A stretch of 64,000 nt of DNA from an uncultured Bacilli bacterium (GTDB taxonomy: Bacteria; Bacillota_I; Bacilli_A; RF39; UBA660). The translations under genes and the position numbers were made by a program. Below are positions 1 to 9,027 of this stretch, piece after piece (position 1 is the first letter of the stretch; each line of letters starts with the position of its first letter). The DNA is taken from contig CAKOXO010000004.1 of NCBI GenBank assembly GCA_934130165.1, positions 51,415-115,414 of the forward strand. The letters are read 5' to 3'. The notes below the pieces were generated by a model, which was not told the DNA's origin, did not search any database, and saw nothing but the letters and a program-made list of their open reading frames with translations.

Positions 1-1259
1 GGTTGAGTATTTAAGATATTTTCTATATCTTTCATATTATGTGCTTCAAATGTTAATTTGTCCCTGCGTTCTTTTGCACGATTATACATATCTTTTTGAA
101 TTGTATCTAAAAGTTTTTTTGTATAATCTACTATATCAATATCAACACTTTCCTCAATTTTTTCTCTTGTATCTCTTCTTGTAAAGGTGATTTTATTATT
201 ATTTAAATCCCTTTCACCAATTTCTATTCGAACTGGTATACCATTAACCTCAGCTTCAGCAAATTTAAATCCTGCAGACTTATCAGTTTTATCAATATAT
301 GCATCTATTTCATTTTCTGATAACTCTTTTAGTATCTCTTCTGATTTTTCTAAAGCTTTATCACTATTTCCTATCGGGATTATAACTACCTGTTTAGGAG
401 CTATTTTAGGTGGAAGAACTAGCCCGTAATCATCACTATGAACCATTATTAAACCACCAATCATTCTAGTAGAAGTTCCCCAAGATGTTTGATACGGATA
501 ATCTTCTCTATTTTCTTTATTTGTATATGTAACATTATATGCTTTAGAAAATTTCTGACCAAAGTAGTGAGAAGTTCCCGCTTGAAGCGCTACACCATTG
601 TACATCAAAGCTTCATTAGTTAGGGTATATTCTGCTCCAGAGAATTGTTCCTTTTTTGTTTTAATACCTCTAATAGATGGTATTGCTAAAATATCATTAT
701 GAAATGAGTGATAAACTCCCATCATCTGATCAGTTTCTTTTTCTGCTTCTTCTTTTGTTTCATGAATAGTATGTCCCTCTTGCCATAAAAATTCACGACT
801 TCTTAAGAATGGTCTAGTCTCTTTTTCCCATCTTAAAACATTACACCATTGATTATATAATTTTGGTAAATCCCTATGACTTTTTATATGAGTTGAGTAG
901 TAATCACAAAATAGGGTTTCACTAGTAGGCCTAATACAAAGCCTTTCTTCTAAATCTTTTTGACCACCCTTTGTAACCCATGCTACCTCAGGAGCGAACC
1001 CTTCTACTAATTCACTTTCTTTATTTAATAAACTTTCTGGAATTAATACTGGCATCTGACAGTTGACATGCCCTAATTTTTTAAATTCCTTGTCTAATGT
1101 TTGTTGCATCTTCTCCCAAATAGCATATCCATTTGGTTCTATTACAATACATCCTTTTACAGATGAATAATCAGCAAGATGAGCTGCACGAACAACATCT
1201 GTATACCATTTTGCAAAATCTTTATCTCTTGGTGTTATAGCATTATTATTATTTTTCAT
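1..1259 (-). CDS. proS: prolyl-tRNA synthetase, archaeal/eukaryotic-type class II; the C-terminal end runs off the window
   Basis: Hand translation of the minus strand from the ATG at 1257-1259 gives 'MKNNNNAITPRDKDFAKWYTDVVRAAHLADYSSVKGCIVIEPNGYAIWEKMQ...' and 'GTSHYFGQKFSKAYNVTY', which is open to position 1. An AAGGAG ribosome-binding site lies inside the aspS 3' end. It is absent from the ORF track because there is no stop codon in the window. Confidence 0.8.
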   Translation of the reverse strand, partial: MKNNNNAITPRDKDFAKWYTDVVRAAHLADYSSVKGCIVIEPNGYAIWEKMQQTLDKEFKKLGHVNCQMPVLIPESLLNKESELVEGFAPEVAWVTKGGQKDLEERLCIRPTSETLFCDYYSTHIKSHRDLPKLYNQWCNVLRWEKETRPFLRSREFLWQEGHTIHETKEEAEKETDQMMGVYHSFHNDILAIPSIRGIKTKKEQFSGAEYTLTNEALMYNGVALQAGTSHYFGQKFSKAYNVTYTNKENREDYPYQTSWGTSTRMIGGLIMVHSDDYGLVLPPKIAPKQVVIIPIGNSDKALEKSEEILKELSENEIDAYIDKTDKSAGFKFAEAEVNGIPVRIEIGERDLNNNKITFTRRDTREKIEESVDIDIVDYTKKLLDTIQKDMYNRAKERRDKLTFEAHNMKDIENILNTQ

Positions 1260-1262
1260 AAA

Positions 1263-3008
1263 TTACTCCTTTATATCAATATATAATTCATTTAATTGTT
1301 TTTCATCTACATAGTTTGGACAATCAGTCATTAAATCAGATGCTGATGTTGTTTTAGGAAAAGCAATAACATCACGAATGTTTGAAGTACCTGTTAAAAT
1401 CATAACTAAACGCTCAAGTCCTATTGCTAGTCCTCCATGAGGTGGTGTTCCATACTTAAATGCTTCTATTAAAAATCCAAATTTATCATAAGCTTCTTCT
1501 TTACTAAATCCTAAAGCTTCAAACATTTTTTCTTGAACATCCTCTTTATGAATTCTAATACTTCCTCCACCTACTTCATATCCATTTAGCACAATATCAT
1601 AAGCTTTAGCATGACAATTTGCTTTATCAGTTAGTAGTTTATCAACATCTTCATCTTTAGGCATTGTAAATGGATGATGGCATGAAACAAATCTATTTTC
1701 TTCATCACTCCATTCAAATACAGGAAAATCTACTACCCATAAAAATTTATAATCATCTTCATTAATTAGCTCTAATTCTTTTCCTAAAAGTACTCTTAAT
1801 GCACCAAGTGATGCATAAACTATTTCTTTCTTATCTGATGCAAAAAATACTAAATCGTTGTTATTTAATGAAAGTTTTTCTTTTAAAGCTTCTTTTTCTG
1901 CATCTGTTAAAAATTTACTAATGCCTCCAGTAAATTCATCATTCTCCATCTTTATAAATGCAAGGCCCTTAGCCTTATATTGTTTTACAAATTCAGTTAA
2001 TTCATCTATTTTTTTACGAGAAAAATTGCTAGCTTCATTTTCTACTTTTATACATGAGATTATTCCACCATCTGAAATAGCATTACTAAACACTTTAAAT
2101 TCACTCATCTTAAATAGTTCTGTAACATTATTAAGTTCCATTCCAAACCTCATATCAGGTTTATCAGAACCAAAACGTTCCATTGCTTCACTATATTTCA
2201 TTCTTAAAAATGGGGTTTTTATATCTATACCTTTGATATCTTTAAATACCTTTTTCATTAATCCTTCAACAATACTTTCTATATCTTCTTCTTCAATAAA
2301 ACTCATTTCCATATCTATTTGAGTAAATTCTGGTTGTCTATCAGCACGTAAATCCTCATCTCTAAAACAACGCGCTACTTGATAGTATCTTTCCATTCCA
2401 CCAACCATTAATAATTGTTTTAAAATCTGAGGTGATTGTGGTAGTGCATAAAATTTATTTTTATTTACTCTACTTGGAACCAAATAGTCTCTTGCCCCCT
2501 CTGGGGTTGATTTACATAATATAGGGGTTTCAATCTCTATGAAATTTAAATTATTCAAATATTCTCTTATAGATGTAACTATTTTATGTCTTGCTATTAA
2601 TCTGTTTTTAACAGGATTTCTTCTTAAGTCTAGATAACGATATTTTAATTTAGTATCTTCTAATGCAGTTGTTGTATCACTTATTTCAAAAGGAATATCC
2701 TTACTTTGATTCAATATTTCTAAACTAGAAATAACTACTTCAATATCACCTGTTGAAAGATTTTCATTCTTACTTTCTCTTTCGCGAACATTACCAACTA
2801 CTTTGATAACACTTTCATTTTTTAATCCAGAAGCATCTTTATAAAACTTTTTATCATCATTTATAACTAGTTGAATTATTCCACTACGATCTCTTAAATC
2901 GATAAATAAAACTCCACCTAAATCACGTTTTTTTTGAACCCAACCATATAAAGTTACTTCTTTATCTATATCTTTTTTAGTTATATCTGTATTATTAATT
3001 GTTTTCAA
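1263..3008 (-). CDS. aspS: aspartyl-tRNA synthetase
   Basis: 581 aa. N-terminal OB fold ('LYGWVQKKRDLGGVLFIDLRDRSG') and class II motifs ('FRDEDLRADRQPEFTQID', 'GGGSIRIH', 'GLAIGLERLVM'). Confidence 0.92.
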   Translation of the reverse strand: MKTINNTDITKKDIDKEVTLYGWVQKKRDLGGVLFIDLRDRSGIIQLVINDDKKFYKDASGLKNESVIKVVGNVRERESKNENLSTGDIEVVISSLEILNQSKDIPFEISDTTTALEDTKLKYRYLDLRRNPVKNRLIARHKIVTSIREYLNNLNFIEIETPILCKSTPEGARDYLVPSRVNKNKFYALPQSPQILKQLLMVGGMERYYQVARCFRDEDLRADRQPEFTQIDMEMSFIEEEDIESIVEGLMKKVFKDIKGIDIKTPFLRMKYSEAMERFGSDKPDMRFGMELNNVTELFKMSEFKVFSNAISDGGIISCIKVENEASNFSRKKIDELTEFVKQYKAKGLAFIKMENDEFTGGISKFLTDAEKEALKEKLSLNNNDLVFFASDKKEIVYASLGALRVLLGKELELINEDDYKFLWVVDFPVFEWSDEENRFVSCHHPFTMPKDEDVDKLLTDKANCHAKAYDIVLNGYEVGGGSIRIHKEDVQEKMFEALGFSKEEAYDKFGFLIEAFKYGTPPHGGLAIGLERLVMILTGTSNIRDVIAFPKTTSASDLMTDCPNYVDEKQLNELYIDIKE

Positions 3009-3020
3009 AACTAAAACCTC

Positions 3021-4385
3021 CTAATCTTCATGATGATGGCAATTTCCACCACAACTACAATTATCAGAACCGCAACAATCATCACCACAGCTACACTCTT
3101 CACCGTAGCAATCATCTTCTTCACTTAATTTTTCATCTAAATAATAAATAAGTGCATCTAATGAAATTATTTCTTCTTCCTTTGTTTTATTATTTTTAAT
3201 TTTTATTTCATTGTTATTTAAATCTTCACTATTTAAAACGGCAATATATTTAGAATTTAATCTATCAGCTTGCTTAAATTGAGCTTTCAAGCTACGTGAT
3301 GTGTATTCAGTATCAACAACAAATCCAGCCATTCTTAACTCTTGAGATAGATATGCTGCATATTTTTTTTCATCTTCTGATACATATAATAAGAATAGGT
3401 CAACATCTTCTTTTATTGGAAGTTTAATATTTTCAAGTTCTAATGCTCTTACTAATCTCCCTATCCCACAAGCAAAACCAATACCTGGAGTCTCTGGTCC
3501 ATCTAACATTTCACATAATCCGTTATAGCGACCTCCACCACCTATTACATTATTACTGCCAAATCCTTTAACATCAGCTTCTATTTCAAATACAGTATGA
3601 TTATAATAATCAAGACCTCTTACTATTCTTGGATCAACTTCATATTTTACTTGTAATAAATCCAAGAACTCTAAAACTTTTTCAAATCTTTCTTTACTTG
3701 CTTCATTTAAATTATCTATAGTAGTAGGAGCATTTTTTAATATTTCATTATCCTTATCTTCTTTACAATCTAAAATTCTTAATGGATTTTTATCAAATCT
3801 TTCACGACAATCCTCACATAAGTCGTTAATATGAGGGGCAAAGTATTTTATTAATACTTCTCTATAATTAGCTCTAGATTCTTTATCTCCTAAGGAATTT
3901 ATTTTTACTGTTATGCCTTTTAATCCTATCATCTTATAAATATTTACTGCCATAGAAATAACCTCAGCATCAGTCATAGGGTCATCACTTCCTAAAACTT
4001 CCATTCCAAATTGAGTAAGTTCTCTATCCCTTCCAGCTTGTGGTCTTTCATATCTATACATTGTTCCATTATAATAAAGTTTTACCGGATTCATATCACC
4101 ATACATTTTATTTTCAATATAACTTCTAACAACTCCAGCAGTTCCTTCTGGACGTAGAGTCATATTTCTATTACCTCTATCAACAAAGTCATAAGTTTCT
4201 TTTGTAACTATATCAGTAGTCTCACCTACGCCTCTATGAAATAATTCACTTGATTCAAATATTGGAGTACGAATATATCCGTAATTATATTTTTCCATTA
4301 CAGAATCAACTACTGTTGAAACATATTTCCATACTTTTGCTTCATGACCATAAATATCATTACATCCCTTTGGTTTTTTTATCAT
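3021..4385 (-). CDS. hisS: histidyl-tRNA synthetase with an unusual Cys/His-rich C-terminal tail
   Basis: Class IIa HisRS motifs ('YRYERPQAGRDRELTQFGMEVLG', 'GGGGRYNGL'). The last ~35 aa read 'DDCYGEECSCGDDCCGSDNCSCGGNCHHHED'. Confidence 0.9.
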   Translation of the reverse strand: MIKKPKGCNDIYGHEAKVWKYVSTVVDSVMEKYNYGYIRTPIFESSELFHRGVGETTDIVTKETYDFVDRGNRNMTLRPEGTAGVVRSYIENKMYGDMNPVKLYYNGTMYRYERPQAGRDRELTQFGMEVLGSDDPMTDAEVISMAVNIYKMIGLKGITVKINSLGDKESRANYREVLIKYFAPHINDLCEDCRERFDKNPLRILDCKEDKDNEILKNAPTTIDNLNEASKERFEKVLEFLDLLQVKYEVDPRIVRGLDYYNHTVFEIEADVKGFGSNNVIGGGGRYNGLCEMLDGPETPGIGFACGIGRLVRALELENIKLPIKEDVDLFLLYVSEDEKKYAAYLSQELRMAGFVVDTEYTSRSLKAQFKQADRLNSKYIAVLNSEDLNNNEIKIKNNKTKEEEIISLDALIYYLDEKLSEEDDCYGEECSCGDDCCGSDNCSCGGNCHHHED

Positions 4386-4391
4386 TTTTAT

Positions 4392-4585
4392 TCCTCCTTA
4401 TATCAAAAAAAGGCAACACCCATAAGGACGAATTGCTTCGTGGTGCCACCTTAATTATTACTTATTATACTTTTAACGTAGTTACCCGCTTCCATTTTTA
4501 TAAGTGTCTTCAAATTTAATTAATAAATGTTTTCACCAACCACATTTTCTCTAAAATTAGATTAAATTCTACTCCTCTTACTAGA
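4392..4585 (-). promoter_or_regulatory. T-box leader (tRNA-sensing riboswitch) for the hisS-aspS-proS operon
   Basis: The minus-strand RNA contains 'AAUUAAGGUGGCACCACGAAGCAAUUCGUCCUUAUGGGUGUUGCCUUUUUUU'. This is a T-box consensus (AAnnnGGGUGGnACCnCG) whose 3' half can pair into a terminator helix followed by a U-run. An upstream extended -10 ('TGTATAATAT', reverse complement of ~4588-4597) fits. The specifier codon was not identified. Confidence 0.6.
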
Positions 4586-4626
4586 AGATAGTTATATTAT
4601 ACAATATTTTTAATAATTAGACAATA

Positions 4627-5805
4627 TTAATTTTCATGATAAACTTTCATTTTAATTTTTATATCCTCATCCATTTTTTTCAATACATTTTCTTCTAACT
4701 CTCCATAATCTGAAAACATTCTACTAAACTCCTTAATGTTAAAACTATTAGCCCTATTTTCAAGAAACCTCTCTTTATAAAAATTATATTTATCAGGATC
4801 GCTTTCCTTTAAATAATTGTAGTAAATTGATAATATACCTCCATATCCATAAACCAAATCATTATGTATATCAAGTTCACTTGGTATAATATCTTCATAT
4901 AAAACTATATCTTTATTATTTTTTCTTACATTAGCCATTAATTTGCTTGGGTCTAAGTTTATATACGCATCTCCAACTAATAACTTATCATCTAGATAAC
5001 TTAACACTAATAAATTTTTTAATGATTCTATAATATTATAATAATAATCTTCAGTTAGTGAAGAAGCATCTTCGTTGTAAATATTATTTCTTAAAAGATA
5101 AGATAGAAAATTTTTCTCCATCAGCATAGGAAAAACTTCATTATATATAGATTTTAAATAATATTCATTATCAGAAGTAAAACCTTTAGTATTATTTAAG
5201 TTAGTAAAGTCAATAACATGACCAAGTTCATGAATTATAGATCTCATAGTGATAACTGAACTATCATCATCCATTATTAAAATACAACAAGTATTATTTA
5301 TTGTATTATGAGTTGTATATCCAGCATAACCAAATTCATCATTTAATCCTTTAAAAATCCTTTTTTCTTTTAATAACTTATTAAAAGAATCTGCCAAACC
5401 TTCTTCTGATAGGTAACCCATCATAATATCATACATTTCCTTATAACTTAATTTTACATCCTCACTAATAGAAAATAGTTCTTCTTGCCTTCTACTCATA
5501 TTATAGTATAAATCGTTAACAAACAAGCCATGAAAACTTTTATTATCAATAAAGTTTTTTATATAACTTTCTGAGTCTTTTTTTTGAATTTCATCGGAAA
5601 TTTTAACCTTTTTTTGGTTCGTTTTCTTATATAAATTCATACTCTTAGGAGTTTTACTACTAACATCATTGTATAATTCTATTAAAAGTTCTATTGTAGA
5701 GACAATTCCAACAATTCTATCCCTATCTTTTTCAGTTCTTAATTCCAATTCTAAATTTTTTATTTCTTTTTTTATTACATCTAAATCCCCTGTATATAAG
5801 TTCAT
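4627..5805 (-). CDS. M3-like zinc metallopeptidase (HExxH), short form, paralog 1
   Basis: 'IIHELGHVIDF' is a HExxH motif. The C-terminus ('GGILSIYYNYLKESDPDKYNFYKERF') resembles the oligoendopeptidase F tail. At 392 aa it is shorter than PepF (~600 aa). Confidence 0.5.
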   Translation of the reverse strand: MNLYTGDLDVIKKEIKNLELELRTEKDRDRIVGIVSTIELLIELYNDVSSKTPKSMNLYKKTNQKKVKISDEIQKKDSESYIKNFIDNKSFHGLFVNDLYYNMSRRQEELFSISEDVKLSYKEMYDIMMGYLSEEGLADSFNKLLKEKRIFKGLNDEFGYAGYTTHNTINNTCCILIMDDDSSVITMRSIIHELGHVIDFTNLNNTKGFTSDNEYYLKSIYNEVFPMLMEKNFLSYLLRNNIYNEDASSLTEDYYYNIIESLKNLLVLSYLDDKLLVGDAYINLDPSKLMANVRKNNKDIVLYEDIIPSELDIHNDLVYGYGGILSIYYNYLKESDPDKYNFYKERFLENRANSFNIKEFSRMFSDYGELEENVLKKMDEDIKIKMKVYHEN

Positions 5806-5812
5806 ACTAACA

Positions 5813-6979
5813 CTACTTCCTATAATTTTTATTTTGAACTTTTTGATATTTTGTCATTTCACATCTTACTATTTGCCCTAATTCATCTATGTTGGTTCCT
5901 AACATTTGTAAATGACATTCATTATAATCAGTTGTTCTTATTTGTTTAAACTTATCCATTACTGTATTATATTTATCAGGATCACTCTTTTCAAGATAAG
6001 AAAAATATGTTCCTAATACTCCACCATATGAATATAAAATCTCATCATTTAAATCAAGATTCGATAATAATTCCATATCTTCTATATCAAGACCTTTTTT
6101 TCTATATATTTCAACTAACTCTTCTCTAGAATACTCCATATATATATCATCTTTTAATAAATCATTATCAAGAAGAGATAAAAACATCATTTGATTTAAA
6201 AAAGTAAATGTTGTTAAATAGTTTTTATTTAATTCATTTATAGCGTACTCTTTTTCAATATTATTTTCTATTAAATATTCTAAAAAATCTTTTTCTGCCT
6301 TTATGGCTAGCACTTCTGAATAAATACTGTTATGTTGATATGAGAATGAAGCTACTTTAGAGTTTTTGCTTTCTATATCTCTCATTTCTTTAATATGTTC
6401 TACCTCATGTACTAGTATTGTCATCATTGATTTTTTTAAATTATTTTCACTAAAAGTAACAATATTACCCTTTTTATTATAATAATCCATTATCGTTGAT
6501 GCATAAACATTACTATCTAAAACATCATGGTTATAAAGATTTTTATTTTTTATTAGATCATTTAATATTTTTAAATCATCACCTGACGTATTTAAATAAT
6601 ATTCACTTACTATTTTATATAAATATTCTTCTGTTATTGTAGAACAATCCTCATTAAAGTCTTTTAAACAATCAAGCATTGAAGACATAATACTACTTGA
6701 AAAATCTAAATGATGATCTTTATTTTCTATAAAACTATCACTTCTATCTTTGATTAGTTCACTTGCCCTATCCAAAATACTATTATATTTTTCTGATTGT
6801 TCTATTAATTTAACATCTTCATAACTACAATTAAAATAATCACAATAAAGTTCGATTAATGGTACAATTGAAAATAATAATAAAACACCATCAGTGATAT
6901 CATCACATTTTTGAAACTCTGATAATAGTATATCAAGTTGTTTTTTTATACTATTTTTATCCCCTGTAAATACTTTCAT
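5813..6979 (-). CDS. M3-like zinc metallopeptidase (HExxH), paralog 2
   Basis: 'ILVHEVEHIKE' and 'GGVLGTYFSYLEKSDPDKYNTVMDKF' parallel paralog 1. The start was moved to the ATG at 6977-6979 ('MKVFTGDKNS', compare paralog 1 'MNLYTGDLD'), which has an AGGGGA ribosome-binding site. Confidence 0.5.
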   Translation of the reverse strand: MKVFTGDKNSIKKQLDILLSEFQKCDDITDGVLLLFSIVPLIELYCDYFNCSYEDVKLIEQSEKYNSILDRASELIKDRSDSFIENKDHHLDFSSSIMSSMLDCLKDFNEDCSTITEEYLYKIVSEYYLNTSGDDLKILNDLIKNKNLYNHDVLDSNVYASTIMDYYNKKGNIVTFSENNLKKSMMTILVHEVEHIKEMRDIESKNSKVASFSYQHNSIYSEVLAIKAEKDFLEYLIENNIEKEYAINELNKNYLTTFTFLNQMMFLSLLDNDLLKDDIYMEYSREELVEIYRKKGLDIEDMELLSNLDLNDEILYSYGGVLGTYFSYLEKSDPDKYNTVMDKFKQIRTTDYNECHLQMLGTNIDELGQIVRCEMTKYQKVQNKNYRK

Positions 6980-6981
6980 AA

Positions 6982-7578
6982 CTATCCCCTTTTTGAATAA
7001 ATACATCCACAATAATTTTGTCTATATAAGTTATATTCTTTAGAAAGTTCAATACTTCTTTTATATCCATTATTTTTCTTAAAATCAGAATATAGATAAT
7101 TAGTTTTATATTTTTTATCAAGTTCTTCTCCAATTTCATTAATCCAGTTACTATTTTTATAAGGACTCAATGATAAAGTTGTTGTAAAATAAGAATATCC
7201 AAGCTTTTCTGCTACTCTAGCAGTTTCTTCAAGTCTTAATAAATAGCACTTATAACATCTAGGACCACGTTCTTTTTCTTTTTCTAGGCCTTTAGCCATA
7301 TCAAAAAACTCATTTGGATCATATCTACCATCTATTACTTTTATTTTATACTTTGTTTTGAATTTTTCACAAAATCTATGAATTTCATCTAATCTCTTAT
7401 GATATTCACCTTCATCTGTTATATTAGGGTTATAGTACAAAATACTAATATCAAATATATTCCCAAGGCGTTCTAAGACAGCTGATGAACACGGAGCACA
7501 ACAAGCATGTAATAATAATGTAGGTGCTTTCTCACTTATATTTTCTATTTCTTTTTCCATTAAAAGATTATAATTCAT
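6982..7578 (-). CDS. queH: epoxyqueuosine reductase QueH (DUF208)
   Basis: 'LLLHACCAPCSS' matches the signature Cys cluster, and a C-terminal 'YCGCIYS' is present. 198 aa. Confidence 0.85.
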   Translation of the reverse strand: MNYNLLMEKEIENISEKAPTLLLHACCAPCSSAVLERLGNIFDISILYYNPNITDEGEYHKRLDEIHRFCEKFKTKYKIKVIDGRYDPNEFFDMAKGLEKEKERGPRCYKCYLLRLEETARVAEKLGYSYFTTTLSLSPYKNSNWINEIGEELDKKYKTNYLYSDFKKNNGYKRSIELSKEYNLYRQNYCGCIYSKRG

Positions 7579-7680
7579 AAACTTGCCCCTTTCTTTCCAC
7601 CTAAAATAACATATTTTTTGTATTTTTTCAATTATTATTAATAATAATCATACTTTTTAATTAAAATAATACAATTTAAT

Positions 7681-8415
7681 ATGAATAATATAACATTTTC
7701 GTTTTTAGTTACAACAGTAGCTGGGTTATCAACCATGCTAGGAACAATTCCAATTTTTTTTAAATTTAAAAATACCAACAATATTATTAATGGAGCTATC
7801 TCCTTCGCTGCAGGGGTAATGGCATCGGTATCTATATTTTCCCTTTTACCAGAAAGTATGGAACTATTATCAAAAAAACATACCATCCTTGGTAGTATAA
7901 TTCTAATAATTATATTTGCTTTAATTGGAATATTATTAGCAAGTTTCATTGATAAAGTATTTAAAAAAATAGATAACAAACTTTATAAATTAGGAATAAT
8001 AAATAGTATTGCATTAATGATTCATAACATTCCTGAAGGGATATTAACATTCAGTACAACAACCGCTAATGTATCTTTAGGAATTACTTTAGCCTTATCT
8101 ATTATGTTTCATAATATTCCTGAAGGTATTAGTATAAGTATTCCCATTTATTACTCAACAGGAAATAGATTCAAAGCTTTTTTATATACCTTTATTTCTG
8201 GTATATCAGAATTACTTGGAGCATTAATAACCTATATATTTTTATATAAGTATATTAATTTTAGTTTTATTAGTAGTATTTTAGCTATGACATTTGGAAT
8301 AATGATTTACATCTCGTTATTCGAACTATTTCCAACTTCATTAAAATATAAAAATAAAAAAATATCACTAATATTTTTCGCACTAGGCTTTATATTTATG
8401 ATATTTTTCAAATAA
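7681..8415 (+). CDS. zupT: ZIP-family zinc transporter (ZupT-like)
   Basis: Two 'HNIPEG' motifs inside transmembrane helices, about 8 transmembrane segments, 244 aa. Confidence 0.85.
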   Translation: MNNITFSFLVTTVAGLSTMLGTIPIFFKFKNTNNIINGAISFAAGVMASVSIFSLLPESMELLSKKHTILGSIILIIIFALIGILLASFIDKVFKKIDNKLYKLGIINSIALMIHNIPEGILTFSTTTANVSLGITLALSIMFHNIPEGISISIPIYYSTGNRFKAFLYTFISGISELLGALITYIFLYKYINFSFISSILAMTFGIMIYISLFELFPTSLKYKNKKISLIFFALGFIFMIFFK

Positions 8416-8988
8416 TTATTTACTATAAAATGGTACTTTATCGTTAACACATTTAATAATTTTTTCTGAAATATTGTTATCTTTAACAATATTTTTAATT
8501 AGAGTATTGAAATTTTTTCCAAAGGTTGCCTTATTATATGAATAGAAATCAATATCATCTAGCTCTACGTCTTTTAATTGTTTTTCTTTATATGTTTCTA
8601 ATAATTCCTCTACGCTATTTCCAATATGTATACCATTAAACTCTTTTACTGTTCTTTCAAATAATTTATACTTATCATCATCTTTATAAATTAAAAAGGC
8701 ATGGTTTTTATATGGTGTGTAAAATGTTTTAGTTGGGTAATTATGATCACTAAACCACTTTCTTTCAAATTCTACTTGATCATAACAAATTCCACATTTA
8801 CTTTTTAATAACTCCTTTGGTGTTTGTAGGTAAAAATTATTAAATAGAATTTTCTCATATAATTCATCATCATTCATTTCTTCTCTAATATGTTTATCTG
8901 AATCTATATTTGATAAATATCCATATCTAAAATTATTTCTCATAAAAATATATAAATCTTCTGGTGTTTTTATATCTTCATATTTCAT
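8416..8988 (-). CDS. cytoplasmic Cys/His protein, possible NlpC/P60-like papain-fold enzyme, paralog A
   Basis: The start was moved to 'MKYEDIKTPEDL' (ATG 8986-8988, GGAGGG ribosome-binding site). Conserved 'CGICYDQVEFERKWF', 'HAFLIYKDDDKYKLFE' and 'GIH'. No signal peptide. It is a paralog of the gene at 10430-11002. Confidence 0.4.
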   Translation of the reverse strand: MKYEDIKTPEDLYIFMRNNFRYGYLSNIDSDKHIREEMNDDELYEKILFNNFYLQTPKELLKSKCGICYDQVEFERKWFSDHNYPTKTFYTPYKNHAFLIYKDDDKYKLFERTVKEFNGIHIGNSVEELLETYKEKQLKDVELDDIDFYSYNKATFGKNFNTLIKNIVKDNNISEKIIKCVNDKVPFYSK

Positions 8989-9027
8989 TATTATCCCTCC
9001 GTTTTTTCCCATTAAAAAGAGCTAAGA

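Noticed and set aside
187-429. 80-aa plus-strand ORF
   Set aside because: It lies antisense within the proS coding region. It has low-complexity composition and no ribosome-binding site.
1858-2322. 154-aa plus-strand ORF
   Set aside because: It is antisense to aspS. It is an AT-rich frame artefact that is Ser-, Ile- and Leu-rich.
4250-4519. 89-aa plus-strand ORF spanning the hisS start and leader
   Set aside because: It overlaps the hisS 5' end and the T-box leader on the opposite strand, and has no ribosome-binding site.
6957-7139. 60-aa minus-strand ORF
   Set aside because: It sits in an alternative frame inside the queH 3' region and the start of peptidase 2. The real genes are better supported.
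7638-7979. 113-aa minus-strand ORF
   Set aside because: It is antisense inside the ZIP transporter gene, which has strong motifs of its own.
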